Translations under genes and position numbers: made by a program
Shown here: in pieces, positions 24,730 through 37,123 of the stretch
How the letters are laid out: each line of letters starts with the position of its first letter
How positions within the stretch are numbered: the stretch's first letter is position 1
Origin: Heterodontus francisci
Lineage: Eukaryota
Assembly (NCBI RefSeq): GCF_036365525.1
Contig: NC_090406.1
Coordinates: 32,479,520-32,543,519 of the forward strand
Length of the DNA stretch: 64,000 nucleotides
Reading direction: 5' to 3'
The notes under the pieces: model-generated
Told to the model about the DNA's origin: nothing
What the model saw: the letters and a program-made list of their open reading frames with translations, nothing else
The model's database searches: none

Positions 24730-25193
24730 TTTAATAAAAGCAAAATACTGCGGATGCTGGAAATCTGAAATAAAAACAAGAAATGCTGGAATCACTCAGC
24801 AGGTCTGGCAGCATCTGTGGAAAGAGAAGCAGAGTTAACGTTTTGGGTCAGTGACCCTCCATCGGAACTGACAAATATTAGAAAAGTCACAGGTTATAAG
24901 CAAGTGAGGTGGGGGTGGGGCAAGAGATAACAAAGGAGATCTAGATTGGACCAGGCCACATAGCTGACCAAAAGGTCACGGAGCAAAGGCAAACAATATG
25001 TTAATGGTGTGTTGAAAGACAAGAAATGCTGGAATCACTCAGCAGGTCTGGCAGCATCTGTGGAAAGAGAAGCAGAGTTAGCGTTTCGGGTCAGCAAGAA
25101 ATGCTGGAATCACTCAGCAGGTCTGGCAGCATCTGTGGAAAGAGAAGCAGAGTTAACGTTTCGGGTCAACAAGAAATGCTGGAATCACTCAGA
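24730..25193 (-). mobile_element. Penelope-like terminal fragment with tandem 75-bp PLTR repeats and 12-bp TSD
   Basis: TSD AAGATGTAACTC at 24718-24729 and 25194-25205. Units start at 25021, 25096 and 25171. Confidence 0.82.
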
Positions 25194-27099
25194 AAGATGT
25201 AACTCACTGGTTTTTACAGCACGACTAATAATGTAAAAGAAAAAGTTCTCATCAGTTCAGTGATTTTCTAATTGATTGTAGTCTGAAGGTTTGCAACAGC
25301 GCACCATGGAGAAACATAAAATCACTGACAGCAATTCTAGATTTCCCCGTTTAACTGCGCATGTGTGGACTCCAGAAGTTACTGTCAGTTTCAGAGGAGT
25401 AATGGTGATTGCTGACAGTTTCGTTGTCATTACTACTGCAAAATCAAAGCCTACATTTTTGGTTTCATAGATTTTCAGGGAACTGCTGTCAGAAGCATTC
25501 CTTGAACAACCTTTGGAACTAGTTTGGCAGTAATAATTAATAGCTCAGCATTTTCTGCTTCAGATATTTGATATAGGCGTGTCTGCCCATATTTGACCAT
25601 CAATTTAGCAGTGTAAATGAGATGTAAGGGAATTGGGAAGGACAGATGAGTTATAACTAAACCTGGGTTTTAAATTCAGACAGCAAGAAGCTGGTTTTGT
25701 TGTCTTATGTAAGCCACCAATCTACCTTTGTAATTGAGTACATTTCAGCAGGTGGTGTATTTTGGTTTGATAATTGATAAGACCAGTTGTCATGTTTGTT
25801 TAGGAGGCTGTGTGTGTGTATATATACACTAACTGGAGAATTTGGAATGAAAATGAATGGAGGCTATTAAACAGAAAAATTCTCAGAAAACTGCTTACAA
25901 ATTTCTTACTGCTTGATCTCAAACTGCTGATAAGGTGCCAGTCTTCATCCTGTTTCTGTGGTTTCAGAATGGAAACTATTCACCCACTAAAAAAGATTTT
26001 AGTTGCAACCTTTTGAAATTTGGTAATATTACCATTCAGTTGATTTTCAACATGGATATTATTCTGAAAAGAACTTCAGCATCAGATATATATTCAATGT
26101 AGGGAGAAGTTTCTGCAGTGAATCTCTTGCTTTGCTGATGGCTTAGGAGTGTAAAAGAAGGTGTTTTGTAGGGGGGGCTGGTGGGGGTGAATTAATTGAG
26201 GTTTCCCATTCTACCAGCTTATCTCAAGATAGGTAAAACTAAGAGACTATTTTCACCTATCTTCTCTCAAATCTAGAAAGACTCTGCAATCCTCCCAACA
26301 CATCATCTGATAGTTTGTGAAAAGATAGGGTTTTTGCCTCCAGTGTGCTACCCGGAAGTTGATTTCATGTATTGATTGCTTTTTGTGATCTCCTTGTGAA
26401 GGAGATTTTCCTTGAATTTGTCATTTACTGGTTGAAACTTGTGCGCCTTGTCCATTGGTGGTTTGCTTGCATAGAATTTTGCGGTGCGGAAACAGGCCAT
26501 TCAGCCCAGCAGGTCTGTGCCGGTGTTTATGTTCCAAACGAGCCTCCTTCCTTCTGAGTTCAACTAACCCTATCAGCATATCCTTCTACTTCTATCTTTC
26601 ATGTAATTTTCTATTTTTCCCTCAAATGCATCAAATTGCCTCAACCACTCGCAAGTTCTGCATTCTCACCACTGAACTAGTGTTCTGGAGTTACCTCTTC
26701 TGTACTGTTTACTATCAAGCTTTTCTCTTAAAAACTCCTCTGAGTTGCCTCGTTTCAAGACTTCTTGTGTGACGCCTTGAATTCTTGAATTATTGGGGAT
26801 GTTACAAGGTAGAAATAGGATTTCCACCCTGCCCCATTCGCACTGTTAATGAATCTGGGGTATTTTTTCATTGAAGGCATTTATTTGTGTATGATACCAT
26901 AGACAGTAGCAACCCTCCATTATCTTATCCAAGTGACCTTTCTTGATGTATGAGCTTCGGCAAGCTATGCTTTTCAGTCAAAGCAAAGCTCAGTCCTGCC
27001 CTCAAAGTCTATATGTATGCTTCCAGAGGGTGTAATTTGATATCAACAGAATTACAGCCTCTTTTCCCAGTCCCCCACAGTTTCACCTCAGACCACCAA

Positions 27100-27630
27100 C
27101 AACAATAACAACTTGCATTTATATAATGTTTTTAATGTAGAAAAACACAAAGAGGTGTTTGACAGGAGTATAATCAGATAAAAGTTGGCACCAAATCAAA
27201 GAAGGAGCCATTAGGACAAGAGGTATGTTTTCAGGTGCATCTTAAAGAAGAAGGGAGGCAGAGGAAGAGGTTTCATGAGGGAATTGCAGGGGTTAGGGCC
27301 TAGACAGCTGAAGGCATGGCCGCCAATGGTGAGGCAAAGGGAGTGGGGTATGTACAAGGCCAGAGTTGGAGAAAGACCGAGTTCTTGGAAGGTTGTAAGG
27401 CTGAAGAAGTTCCTGGGATAGGGAGGGGCAAGGCAAGGGAGGGGTTTGAACATGAAAGTAATAATTTTGAGGCATTGGTGGACTGGGAGCCGGTGCAGGT
27501 CAGCGAGCACAGGAATGGTGGTTGAACAAGACTTTGCTGCCCGTATTCTCACTCGCACCGAGTTTTGCATCTGCTTAACTTTGTGGGAGGCTGGCCAGGT
27601 GTGCATTGGAGTAGTCGAGTGTGGAGATAA
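27100..27630 (-). mobile_element. L2-clade LINE 3' fragment
   Basis: IPVLADLHRLPVHQCL, IGGHAFSCLGP..NSL, HLKTYL. Terminal (TTG)n tail on the minus strand. Confidence 0.85.
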
Positions 27631-28654
27631 CAAAAGCAGAGCTTATTTAACTCAATATGAACCCAACTTTGACCTTCTGATCTGTGAGACTCAGTACCAC
27701 ATTGGGAAATGAATCAACCAAGTAAGTGCCATGGTGCTTCGACCCCAGTAATCTCTAAAGTACTGAATGTCTGAATGTGCTACAAGGCTGTGATACAGTT
27801 TCAAGTTACAGATGATCATAGAATGGTAAAATGATACAGCATAGAAGGAAGCTATTCGGCCCATCGTGCCTGTGTTGGCTGTTTGTTAAAGCTATCCAAT
27901 TAGTCCTATATCACGCTTTTTCCTCATAGGCCTGCATATTTTTTTCTTCAAGTAATTATCCAATAGCCTTTTGAAAGGTACTGTTGAATCTGCTTCTGCC
28001 ATCCTTGCAGGCAGTATATTTCAGATCACAACTCGCTGTGCTTTTTTTTAAAAAAAAAAGCATGTTTATAAATTATTCAAAATTGGGGTTTGTTACATTT
28101 ACTCTTTCTTGTTTCCTTGGTGCAGTCTTCCATCACATTCTCAGTCATTTGTTCCTGTATGTGTTCTCTTTATTTTAGTGGTCCCGAGTTAGCAACTAGT
28201 CTACAGAAAGCTTCTTGGCTGATTAGTCTTTTTACACCATTATGTAATAAAAAAAACCTCTTGAATAAGCTTTCAACACACACTTTTAATTAAATTGAAT
28301 CATCGACATAATTTCAGTTTTCAGCTGCCAGACCAGTTTGAGATGAATGCATAAATGTTACCACGTAGTTTAATTGGTGTGCAGTACATCCATTTTTCAA
28401 AAGTTGTGCAGATTTGACCAAATTAATACTTGCTGATCTCACCATGGTCAAACATTTTCTCCTCCTCTGTGTATTATTTAAAAACATTACTTTATTGATG
28501 TTTTACAAATATTGTATCAGTTCTTTATGTTAGTAATAACAGTAACTCAGCTGATGGTATAGCACCCACCTTGCCAAATCTATAAGATTTTAGTTATAAG
28601 CATTCAGCATCTTGGGTCTGGCAATTGTATCAGGAAAAACGAGGGGTTAAAAAA

Positions 28655-28840
28655 ATAACCCTTAACTCCCTGAGATTTCAAAGATCTATCTACCCCTTCC
28701 TTAAATACATTTAGTGACCTAGCCTCCACAACTCTTTGAGGTAGAGAATTCCAGAGATTCACCACCCTCTGAGAGAAGAAATTCCTTCGCATCTTAGTTT
28801 TAAATGTGTGCCCCCTTATTCTGTATGTCCCCTAGTTCGA
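28655..28840 (-). mobile_element. CR1 3' fragment
   Basis: MRRNFFSQRVVNLWNSLPQRVVEA. Same family as 102-2397. Confidence 0.85.
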
Positions 28841-28924
28841 GAACTTCTCTAGGAAGCTGTGTACAAATGTCACTTGTCAACTTCAGTATCATATAAAACT
28901 TGTATCTATCCAGTGATGGAGTAT

Positions 28925-29160
28925 TATAAAAAACTGTGCTTGCTGGTAATCTGAAATAGAAACAGAAAATGCTGGAAATGGGCAGCATATGTGGAAAAAG
29001 TAACACAGGGTTAATGATTCAGATTGATGACCTTGTATAAGAACTGGAAGATGTTGCAAGAAAACAACTGAAAAGCAGAGAAAAGAAGAGGTCTGTGATC
29101 TGGAGGAGGGCATGAGATGATTAAGTAACAAGTGATGCAAGGCAAAAGGAGAAGACAATG
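28925..29160 (-). mobile_element. Old Penelope-like PLTR
   Basis: Decayed copy of ...TGCTGG.AATCTGAAAT..AACAGAAAATGCTGGAAAT...GTTAA... Confidence 0.6.
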
Positions 29161-29390
29161 AGAGAGATTAGAGGTAGTGTATGAAGTTATGCATCAAGTC
29201 TTCGAAATGCATGAAGTATTAATGGTAACTTTTTCCAGTACTACATTATACTCGTTAACTACTGGTTATGACAGTTTCATTAATTGTGTTGATTTATGTA
29301 TGACAGCTCCGAAGTGAAAAAGGATCATATATAAATCCCTAAATATAAAAGTAATTATAAAAGCCAAGATATAAATTCTATATTTATATA

Positions 29391-29780
29391 GAAAGGCTGA
29401 GGGACTTGAGGTTGTTTTCGTTGGAGAGAAGGAGGAGGAGAGGTGACTTAATAGAGACATATAAGATAATCAGAGGGTTAGATAGGGTGGATAGTGAGAG
29501 TCTTTTTCCTCGGATGGTGATGGCAAACACGAGGGGACATAGCTTTAAGTTGAGGGGTGATAGATATAGGACAGATGTCAGAGGTAGTTTCTTTACTCAG
29601 AGAGTAGTAGGGGCGTGGAACGCCCTGCCTGCAACAGTAGTAGACTCGCCAACTTTAAGGGCATTTAAGTGGTCATTGGATAGACATATGGATGAAAATG
29701 GAATAGTGTAGGTCAGATGGTTTCACAGGTCGGCGCAACATCGAGGGCCGAAGGGCCTGTACTGCGCTGTAATGTTCTAA
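29391..29780 (+). mobile_element. Young CR1 3' end
   Basis: Near-identical to 23767-24157. Confidence 0.95.
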
Positions 29781-30104
29781 GAAATAAAAGATATGTGAAT
29801 GGTTACAGCAGAATAGCAGATAGGGAGGGAAATATGGAAAATTTGACAGTTAAGAAGGCTCCTGTGCTGCACGAATATGGTGGAAAACAGACATGTGGAC
29901 CACCCCACTGGCTGCGTAGTGATAGAGAATCTTGATCCCAAGCACCGGTCCGTACCTTCACCATTCCTAGTAGTACTGGTTCATCCATCCTGCGTTACTA
30001 GCACCTGCTGTCTGAGAGAAAATGAAATGGTGCTTAAGGTCTTTAGGTATTAAAGTCTGTTGAGGGCAGAAGCCTGTAAAACACCCAGTAGAAAGGGGAG
30101 TTGC

Positions 30105-30345
30105 TGATTCTTCAGTTCATGTAGGGCATTTTTGGAACAATGTGGGAGGCCAAGGACAAAGAAATCAGGATAGGAATTGGGAGTAAGTGACAAGCAACCG
30201 AAAGCTCGGGGTCACACTTGCTGACAGAATGAAAGTGGTCAGCAAAATAATTACCCAGTCTGCGTTTGATCTCTCCAATGTAGGGGTGGCTGCATAGTGA
30301 GCAGGAAATACTAGGTTGTAAGAAGTACAAGTAAATCACAATGAA
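30105..30345 (-). mobile_element. Penelope-like GIY-YIG endonuclease fragment
   Basis: CSLCSHPYIGEIKRRLGNYFADHFHSVSKCDPELSVACH resembles the PLE motif YIGETKRRLGDRFAEH...VACHF. Confidence 0.8.
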
Positions 30346-32150
30346 GTATGGTAGCTCTGTTTAGTAGGTGACAAAATCGTATCTTCCTCCTCGACTTAGT
30401 ACAGTCAAAACTAGACTTTCTGAGGATGGTCCACACTCTGTCCCATCCAACACTGAAAATATGTAATAGCGGTAGTCCTGCAGACCAAAGTGTTTATGCA
30501 AGGAGCTGTCGCAGCTCAGCAATTTGTATTGATTTAAAGGCTGTCCCGAATGCTCGTAGCAAGGATTCATATGTTGGTTCCTCTATCTGTGAAACCCTCG
30601 CCCAGTTGGTATAATTGCCTAGAATGCAGTCCCTTGGAGAAATTTAAACGTCATTTACTTCCAAGTACTTCTGTGCTTCCAAGAACCACCAGGTCAGATT
30701 TGAGGCATCTCCCTACCTCTTGTTCCAGCTACTGACACCGTGGCATAAAATATAGAAACAAATTGGGTAAAACATAGTCCCACTTCATCATGATATAACT
30801 TCTTAAATAATTTCAAAGATGCATAAGGGAACAAAACTCTGCAGATGAATAGAAGCTCAGAACCTGCCTTAAGTTTACAGAGTAAATGACTCAAAGCACA
30901 CATCCTGAAACACACATTCTGTTCCATACGCCTGGGGTTGGGAGGAAATGCAGAATAAACCAGACTAATTTGGAAAATATCTCCACCACCAATGATTTTA
31001 TCCTTCCCTACTATAATCAAATATTCTGAGTGATTTGCAAGGGAAATGATAACAGACGGAGGGGTGTATGGCTTGTATTGCACCAGTACCTGGAATTCTT
31101 AAAATTATACGGCATTCTTCTGAAATGAATGGTTCTTCTATCTAGGGGTGGGAAGAGAAAAAAGATAAAGAAATTTTCTTTCTCTCTTGGGTAGACCTTC
31201 ACATAAGTTTATTAAAGGTTCAGAGCACTTGGGTAATGAGCATAACATCTATCAGGGTAAAATACAGATGGCTTGTTTAATTGCTGGAGAGTTATTGACC
31301 CTCTTCTAACTCTGAGCAAGAAGCATCTCGCTGTGCTTTTTATTTTTGTTTATCTCAGTAGAGAAGACTTAATCTTCACAACAGAGACCATCTAATTCTT
31401 GGATGTGGTGATTCTGCTATAAATCATGGTGGAATCTTACTGTTTTGTGAACTTATTCTATTTCCAGGAAGTTCCCTTTCAGCCTCTGCCGAAGTAGTCA
31501 TCTTTTTATGTGTAAACCAACAACAGAGAGCGTAACAAATGAAGTGAATCACAGCTACATCTGATTGTGCCTTCTCCTAATATTCAGAGTTGCACTTTCA
31601 ATAAGGGTCAATTTAAAGCTGGAAAGCTGCCTTGTTATTCCCTTATCCAACAATTTGCGGGGAGCGGGCCTACCTGGTGAGCTAAACCTTGACCAGCAGT
31701 CATTAGGTTGAACGCTAATACAAAAAGAAAATACGTTAATGTTAAAACACGAGATATGAACTCCCCAGACCAATTTAAAGATTTACCTGACAAGATTTCA
31801 CATCTTAAGACTTATTATAACAACTAAACTAAAAATCATCATTAACTACACAGTACTTTGCAAGTAGCAAATACTCTAAATTACAGAGAAAGGTATTTTA
31901 TTCACTGACTAACATACTTGAAAACCTCACCACATTTATATGTTACTCCCTGAAGTGAAATCTTACGAGCTAAAAGTCCCAAACTGCTCCCAGTTGCAAT
32001 GGGTCGGATCTCCCAGACATTCTCAAAGTCAATGTCCTCTTTACTCACTTCCAAGCACTTTCGATCTGGACTTCCATGAATAAGGCGAGCTCTGGTGATC
32101 CTATTGGGCTTTTCCTTATCCGCAAACCTCAAATTTCTAATCGGATGGAA

Positions 32151-32321
32151 NNNNNNNNNNNNNNNNNNNNNNNNNNNNNNNNNNNNNNNNNNNNNNNNNN
32201 NNNNNNNNNNNNNNNNNNNNNNNNNNNNNNNNNNNNNNNNNNNNNNNNNNNNNNNNNNNNNNNNNNNNNNNNNNNNNNNNNNNNNNNNNNNNNNNNNNNN
32301 NNNNNNNNNNNNNNNNNNNNN
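32151..32321. other. Assembly gap (N run)
   Basis: Run of N. Confidence 1.
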
Positions 32322-32363
32322 CTGTCTCAATCTCTCTCTGTGAATCTCTCTCTCTGTGTGAAT

Positions 32364-32812
32364 NNNNNNNNNNNNNNNNNNNNNNNNNNNNNNNNNNNNN
32401 NNNNNNNNNNNNNNNNNNNNNNNNNNNNNNNNNNNNNNNNNNNNNNNNNNNNNNNNNNNNNNNNNNNNNNNNNNNNNNNNNNNNNNNNNNNNNNNNNNNN
32501 NNNNNNNNNNNNNNNNNNNNNNNNNNNNNNNNNNNNNNNNNNNNNNNNNNNNNNNNNNNNNNNNNNNNNNNNNNNNNNNNNNNNNNNNNNNNNNNNNNNN
32601 NNNNNNNNNNNNNNNNNNNNNNNNNNNNNNNNNNNNNNNNNNNNNNNNNNNNNNNNNNNNNNNNNNNNNNNNNNNNNNNNNNNNNNNNNNNNNNNNNNNN
32701 NNNNNNNNNNNNNNNNNNNNNNNNNNNNNNNNNNNNNNNNNNNNNNNNNNNNNNNNNNNNNNNNNNNNNNNNNNNNNNNNNNNNNNNNNNNNNNNNNNNN
32801 NNNNNNNNNNNN
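32364..32812. other. Assembly gap (N run)
   Basis: Run of N. Confidence 1.
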
Positions 32813-32975
32813 CCTCGCTCGCTCTCTGTGTCTGTGTCTCTCTCTCTCTCTCTCTCTCTCTGTGTCTCTGTCTCTCTGTCTCTCTCTCCCTCTCTCTGTC
32901 TCTCTCGCGCGCTCTCTGTCTCTCTCGCGCGCTCTCTGTCTCTCTCGCGCGCTCTCTGTCTCTCTCTCCTCTCCC
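32813..32975. repeat. (CT)n / CTCTGTCTCTCTCGCGCG compound microsatellite
   Basis: Seen directly, adjacent to the gap. Confidence 0.95.
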
Positions 32976-33019
32976 CCCCGCTCCCCCCACAATCTCAGAG
33001 TTCGGGTTAACGAAACCCA

Positions 33020-34121
33020 GGCTGGGATTTTATCTGAGCAACGTGATCTCGACCACTGCGACAGCCCCATGTTGCCTCCTCTGGTGAAGGCCCGCCAAAT
33101 CAAGAAGTTCGACACCATCCAGAATAAAGCAGCCCACTTGATTGGTACCCCTTCCACCAACTTCAGCTTTCACTCCCTTCACCGATGCACAGTGGCAGCA
33201 GTGTGTACCATCTGCAAGATGCACTGCAGCAATTCACCGAGATTCCTTTGACAGCACGTTCAAAGCCCGCGACTTCTACCAACTACAAGGACCAGGGCAG
33301 CAAATGCATGGGAACACCACCACCTGCAAGTTCACCTCAAAGCAACACACCATCCTGACTTGGAGCTATATTGCTGTTCCTTCACTGTCACGGTGTCAAA
33401 ATCCTGGATCTCCCTTCCGAACAGCACTGTAGGTGTACCTACACTCCAAGGACTGCTGCAGTCCTTGAAGGCAGCTCACCATCACCTTCTCAAGGGCAAT
33501 TGGGGATGGGTAATAAATGCTGGCCTAGCCAGCGACGCCCACATCCCATGAATACATTTTTAAAAATGTGCCAATTAAGCACTTAAGTGGACAGCAGCTG
33601 GCCTTCACTGGGATCAGTCAGAGGCCGGCAGCATGTTAACTGAGCAGCGCTACAACAGTGGCTGCTGCCAATACTAGACTCGCCAGAGGCACTGAACCCA
33701 GGCCACAGGTAAGTCAGGGCAGGAGGGGTTTCGCAGGTTGGGGGGGAGGTTACAGTGTAGGGTGCCCCCCTCTTCCCGGTGCTGGGTCCCTTGTTCGTGT
33801 TAACGAGGGAGCCCCCCCCCCCCCCCAGAGCTGGAGGTCAACTGCACGGGTTTGCTTATTGCGCTCCCCGTGCAGCGACAGATCCACCTGCTGGTGGGCG
33901 AATTCCAGCAGTGGAAGGATGAGGCCCTTCATTGGACATTAATTGCCCACTTAAGAGCCTCAATTGGTGGCAGGGTAGGAAGGTCACTCTCAGGCCTTCC
34001 CGCCCTGGACTTAGTGTGGACGCAGGAAGGTGGCAGGATCCACCACAGCCACAATCTGCCCGATTATATGCTTTCTCCCCACCTCCAGAGTTGCTGCAGG
34101 AGAGAGCATAAAATTGCCCCC
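33020..34121. mobile_element. Possible non-autonomous inverted-ended element interrupted by a LINE fragment
   Basis: GGGATTTTAT start versus ATAAAATTGCCC end. Internal inverted motifs CAATTAAGCACTTAAGTGG (~33572) and CCACTTAAGAGCCTCAATTG (~33947). Confidence 0.4.
33090..33560 (+). mobile_element. 3' fragment of the CR1/L2-group family seen at 7937-9242
   Basis: KKFDTIQNKAAHLIG...TVAAVCTICKMHCSNSPR plus the shared 3' UTR. Confidence 0.85.
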
Positions 34122-34217
34122 CCATCCCCCCCATTGCATTGTGTGCTTTTCAAAAGGGACTTTGATCTGGGCTCCTTGTCCTGGTAACCATGATTTCTGT
34201 CTTGTCTTTAAGCAGAG

Positions 34218-34578
34218 TTTAGATTAGATTAGAGATACAGCACTGAAACAGGCCCTTCGGCCCACCGAGTCTGTGCCGAACATCAACCACCCATTTATAC
34301 TAATCCTACACTAATCCCATATTCCTACCAAACATCCCCACCTGTCCCTATATTTCCCTACCACCTACCTACACTAGTGACAATTTATAATGGCCAATTT
34401 ACCTATCAACCTGCAAGTCTTTTGGCTTGTGGGAGGAAACCGGAGCACCCGGAGAAAACCCACGCAAACACAGGGAGAACTTGCAAACTCCACACAGGCA
34501 GTACCTGGAATCGAACCCGGGTCCCTGGAGCTGTGAGGCTGCGGTGCTAACCACTGCGCCACTGTGCCACTGCGCCAC
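34218..34578 (-). mobile_element. HE1-type V-SINE (young)
   Basis: Nearly identical to 60386-60737, (TCTAA)n tail. Confidence 0.93.
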
Positions 34579-36125
34579 TATGACTTCTCTGACTCTATCT
34601 TACACGGCATTAAAAATCACAATTTTTAAAACATTATGCTACAAACTCCACTGTTCATAACACTCAGCACTGTCAGTCTAGCTTGGATATTCAGGTCCTA
34701 TAGTGGAGTTTGATCCCTCAACCATCTAACTCGGAGGTGACAACTATCACCGAGCCGAAATGACTATTAGAGGAATGTTATTGAATGTAAGTTATTGGTA
34801 AATGAGAAAACATGACCTGTTCTAAGTTTTCTTTTAAGTAATTTTATTTTGAGAGTCAACACAATGTTAGACATGTGGAATTTGTTTAGTTTTGTAATTT
34901 TGGAAAATTATATTGAATATGAAGTGCAGTAAAAGTGAACAAATATATAAATACTTTTTGAATTGTTCCCTGCCCCTGTGAAAGCTTACCACTTTTAATG
35001 TGCAATGAGATTTTGTCTCCTTTCATGGAAGGAAAGCAGTATGAATGCATGCCGCAGGTGGCTGTGTGATTGATGGCTTTACACAAGAAATGCGCCTCTT
35101 GGTAACCGGGCTGCTCTGTGGCTTCTCGATTTTGGTGTTCGAGAATGTGTGCGTCAAACCTGATGTGCACTATGACCCCTGGCATACTTATTTTCTGAAT
35201 GATCCTGAAGTTTTGGACAGAAGTTCTTTTCCCCAACAACACTGGAGGGAATTCTGAGAACTGACTAAAAAATGGCTGTCTTTTAGGTTAGTCCCAAGTT
35301 GCTGTCCAACATCTGTTCCCTACAGTGAGGAGTAGAATTAGTAATTTTACTGTCAGTGGTATCATGAATTAAAAAATGATTCCCAGAACAGATCATCTTT
35401 CATACTTGAGAAAGCTGAAGTTATATCAGTAGTTGAATTGTCTTTATGTAATTTTTTTGATTATTGAATTTTTTGGGATGCAAATTGTTCTGGTTTTTAT
35501 TGTAGGCTGAAAAGGGAGAACGGTGATATTTAATTATCAAGCTTCAAAAACTCTAAAACATTCACAGTCGGCTTTGGAAATGTTTGTTCAATATTCTATA
35601 GTTATAAATTTGGCTGTGAAGCCAGCAGAGAAGAAATTCTGGAGTTAAAAATACCAACTAGCTGTGCTATTTTGCTACTCCCTGTGCCTGACTGGCACAA
35701 ACTAAAAGTGATCACTGGGGTAAAACAACAACAAATGTACATTTTTGTGAAGAAGCTTTAAATGAAAAGACTAATTTATTGACTTACTTTCTCTTCACTG
35801 TGCTGGTCACTGATTTAGTGAGACACCTGGTATTTTTTTTTGCTTGCACAAGTAGTCAGTATCTGCCCGCAGACTTCTTGTAGCGATGTGGAGTATTCCG
35901 GAGAGACACCCATCTGTCAAGAGTTCTCACTCACTCACTCACTCTCGCACACTCTCGCGCACACTCGCACAGACTCTCACTTTCCACTCCCCACCCGTGC
36001 ACCCTCCTCGCTTTGTCGCCCCCCCCGGGTTGGGGGTTGGAGAACCCTTTGGTTATATTCAGACTCAGAAGTGGGATCCGACAACCTTCAGTCTCTGAGA
36101 AAAGTGTTGAAAACTGTTTTTTTTA

Positions 36126-36157
<32 letters not shown>

Positions 36158-37123
36158 TTATTTATATTGGGGATTGTTTCAAATAAACCCAGCAGATATG
36201 CAATTCAAATGTCTCCAGTCACAGCTATGTTGCACAAGTTTGCAAGTGCTTGCTCTTTGCAAACTTCGATCTCAATATTTTGTAGTCTTTTTCTGCTTTT
36301 GATTCTAGAATTGTACTCCAGTTTATTAATGGCCCTCACAGCACAAGGTTTTATTTTGTAAAATTAAAGTAATTTACATGATTCTTTTCTACCGGGGTTA
36401 CTTAGAACAGGAAGTTATTTGTTAAGATATTAGCTATAAGTCTTAGTCCAGTCAATATTGTCATATTCTTTGCTTTCTGAGTCTGATAAGGTCCTCGTCG
36501 TATCGCACCCATTTCCTTAAGATATATATGTCTGTAACTGTCACTGTCCTGTGCCTTCTCTTTTGTCTTTCTTTCTCCCAGCCCATATGGAGATGTTCTT
36601 TGGAAATGTGCTTGTGTTCACCCCATTCCTAAGAAATGTGATTCCTGTTGCACTTCCAACTCCTGCCTTTTGGTCCTTCCTTCAGTAACTTAAATTATGG
36701 AACATGTTCACTCCCATTATTTGTTAGCTTGAAAGTTCTGGCCAATGTGGGATTATGAAAGCTATTCCAGCAATCATCTTGTTCTCTATGTTGTGCACTG
36801 TGCTGTTGGATATTTCACTAAATCATTTTCTGTTACCATTAATATCTCAAAAACATCCATTAGGGTTTTGCATTGTACGCTTTTGAATAAGTTGCTATCA
36901 GATAGCATCCCACTGAAGCTCTGTTCGTTGCTGTCTTTATTCATCTCGCATCATTTTCTCTGTGCTCTGGTTGATGACCCGTCATCCTTGGACTGTTTTC
37001 CCATTAACTCTGTTCTGTTCTTCTTTAGTATCATTGACCTCCACTCATCATTCAGTCATATATCTTTTGCTGATTCCAATTTACATTCACCAACTTCCTT
37101 CAGATCACATTGGTGCAAACAAC

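Noticed and set aside
25009-25236. Repeat array resembling CRISPR or a repeat protein
   Set aside because: Units are contiguous 75-bp copies without unique spacers and derive from a Penelope terminal repeat; the context is eukaryotic with no cas genes.
30694-31083. CACTA/EnSpm-like transposase reading of the 129-aa minus ORF
   Set aside because: Only a vague motif resemblance (SLVYSAFPPNPRR); no catalytic residues or TIRs found.
31902-33251. Long ORFs (277-391 aa) in the ORF track
   Set aside because: Artefacts of reading through N gaps and a (CT)n microsatellite.
35045-35257. 70-aa ORF MHAAGGCVIDGF...
   Set aside because: No recognisable homology or splice context; the length is expected by chance.
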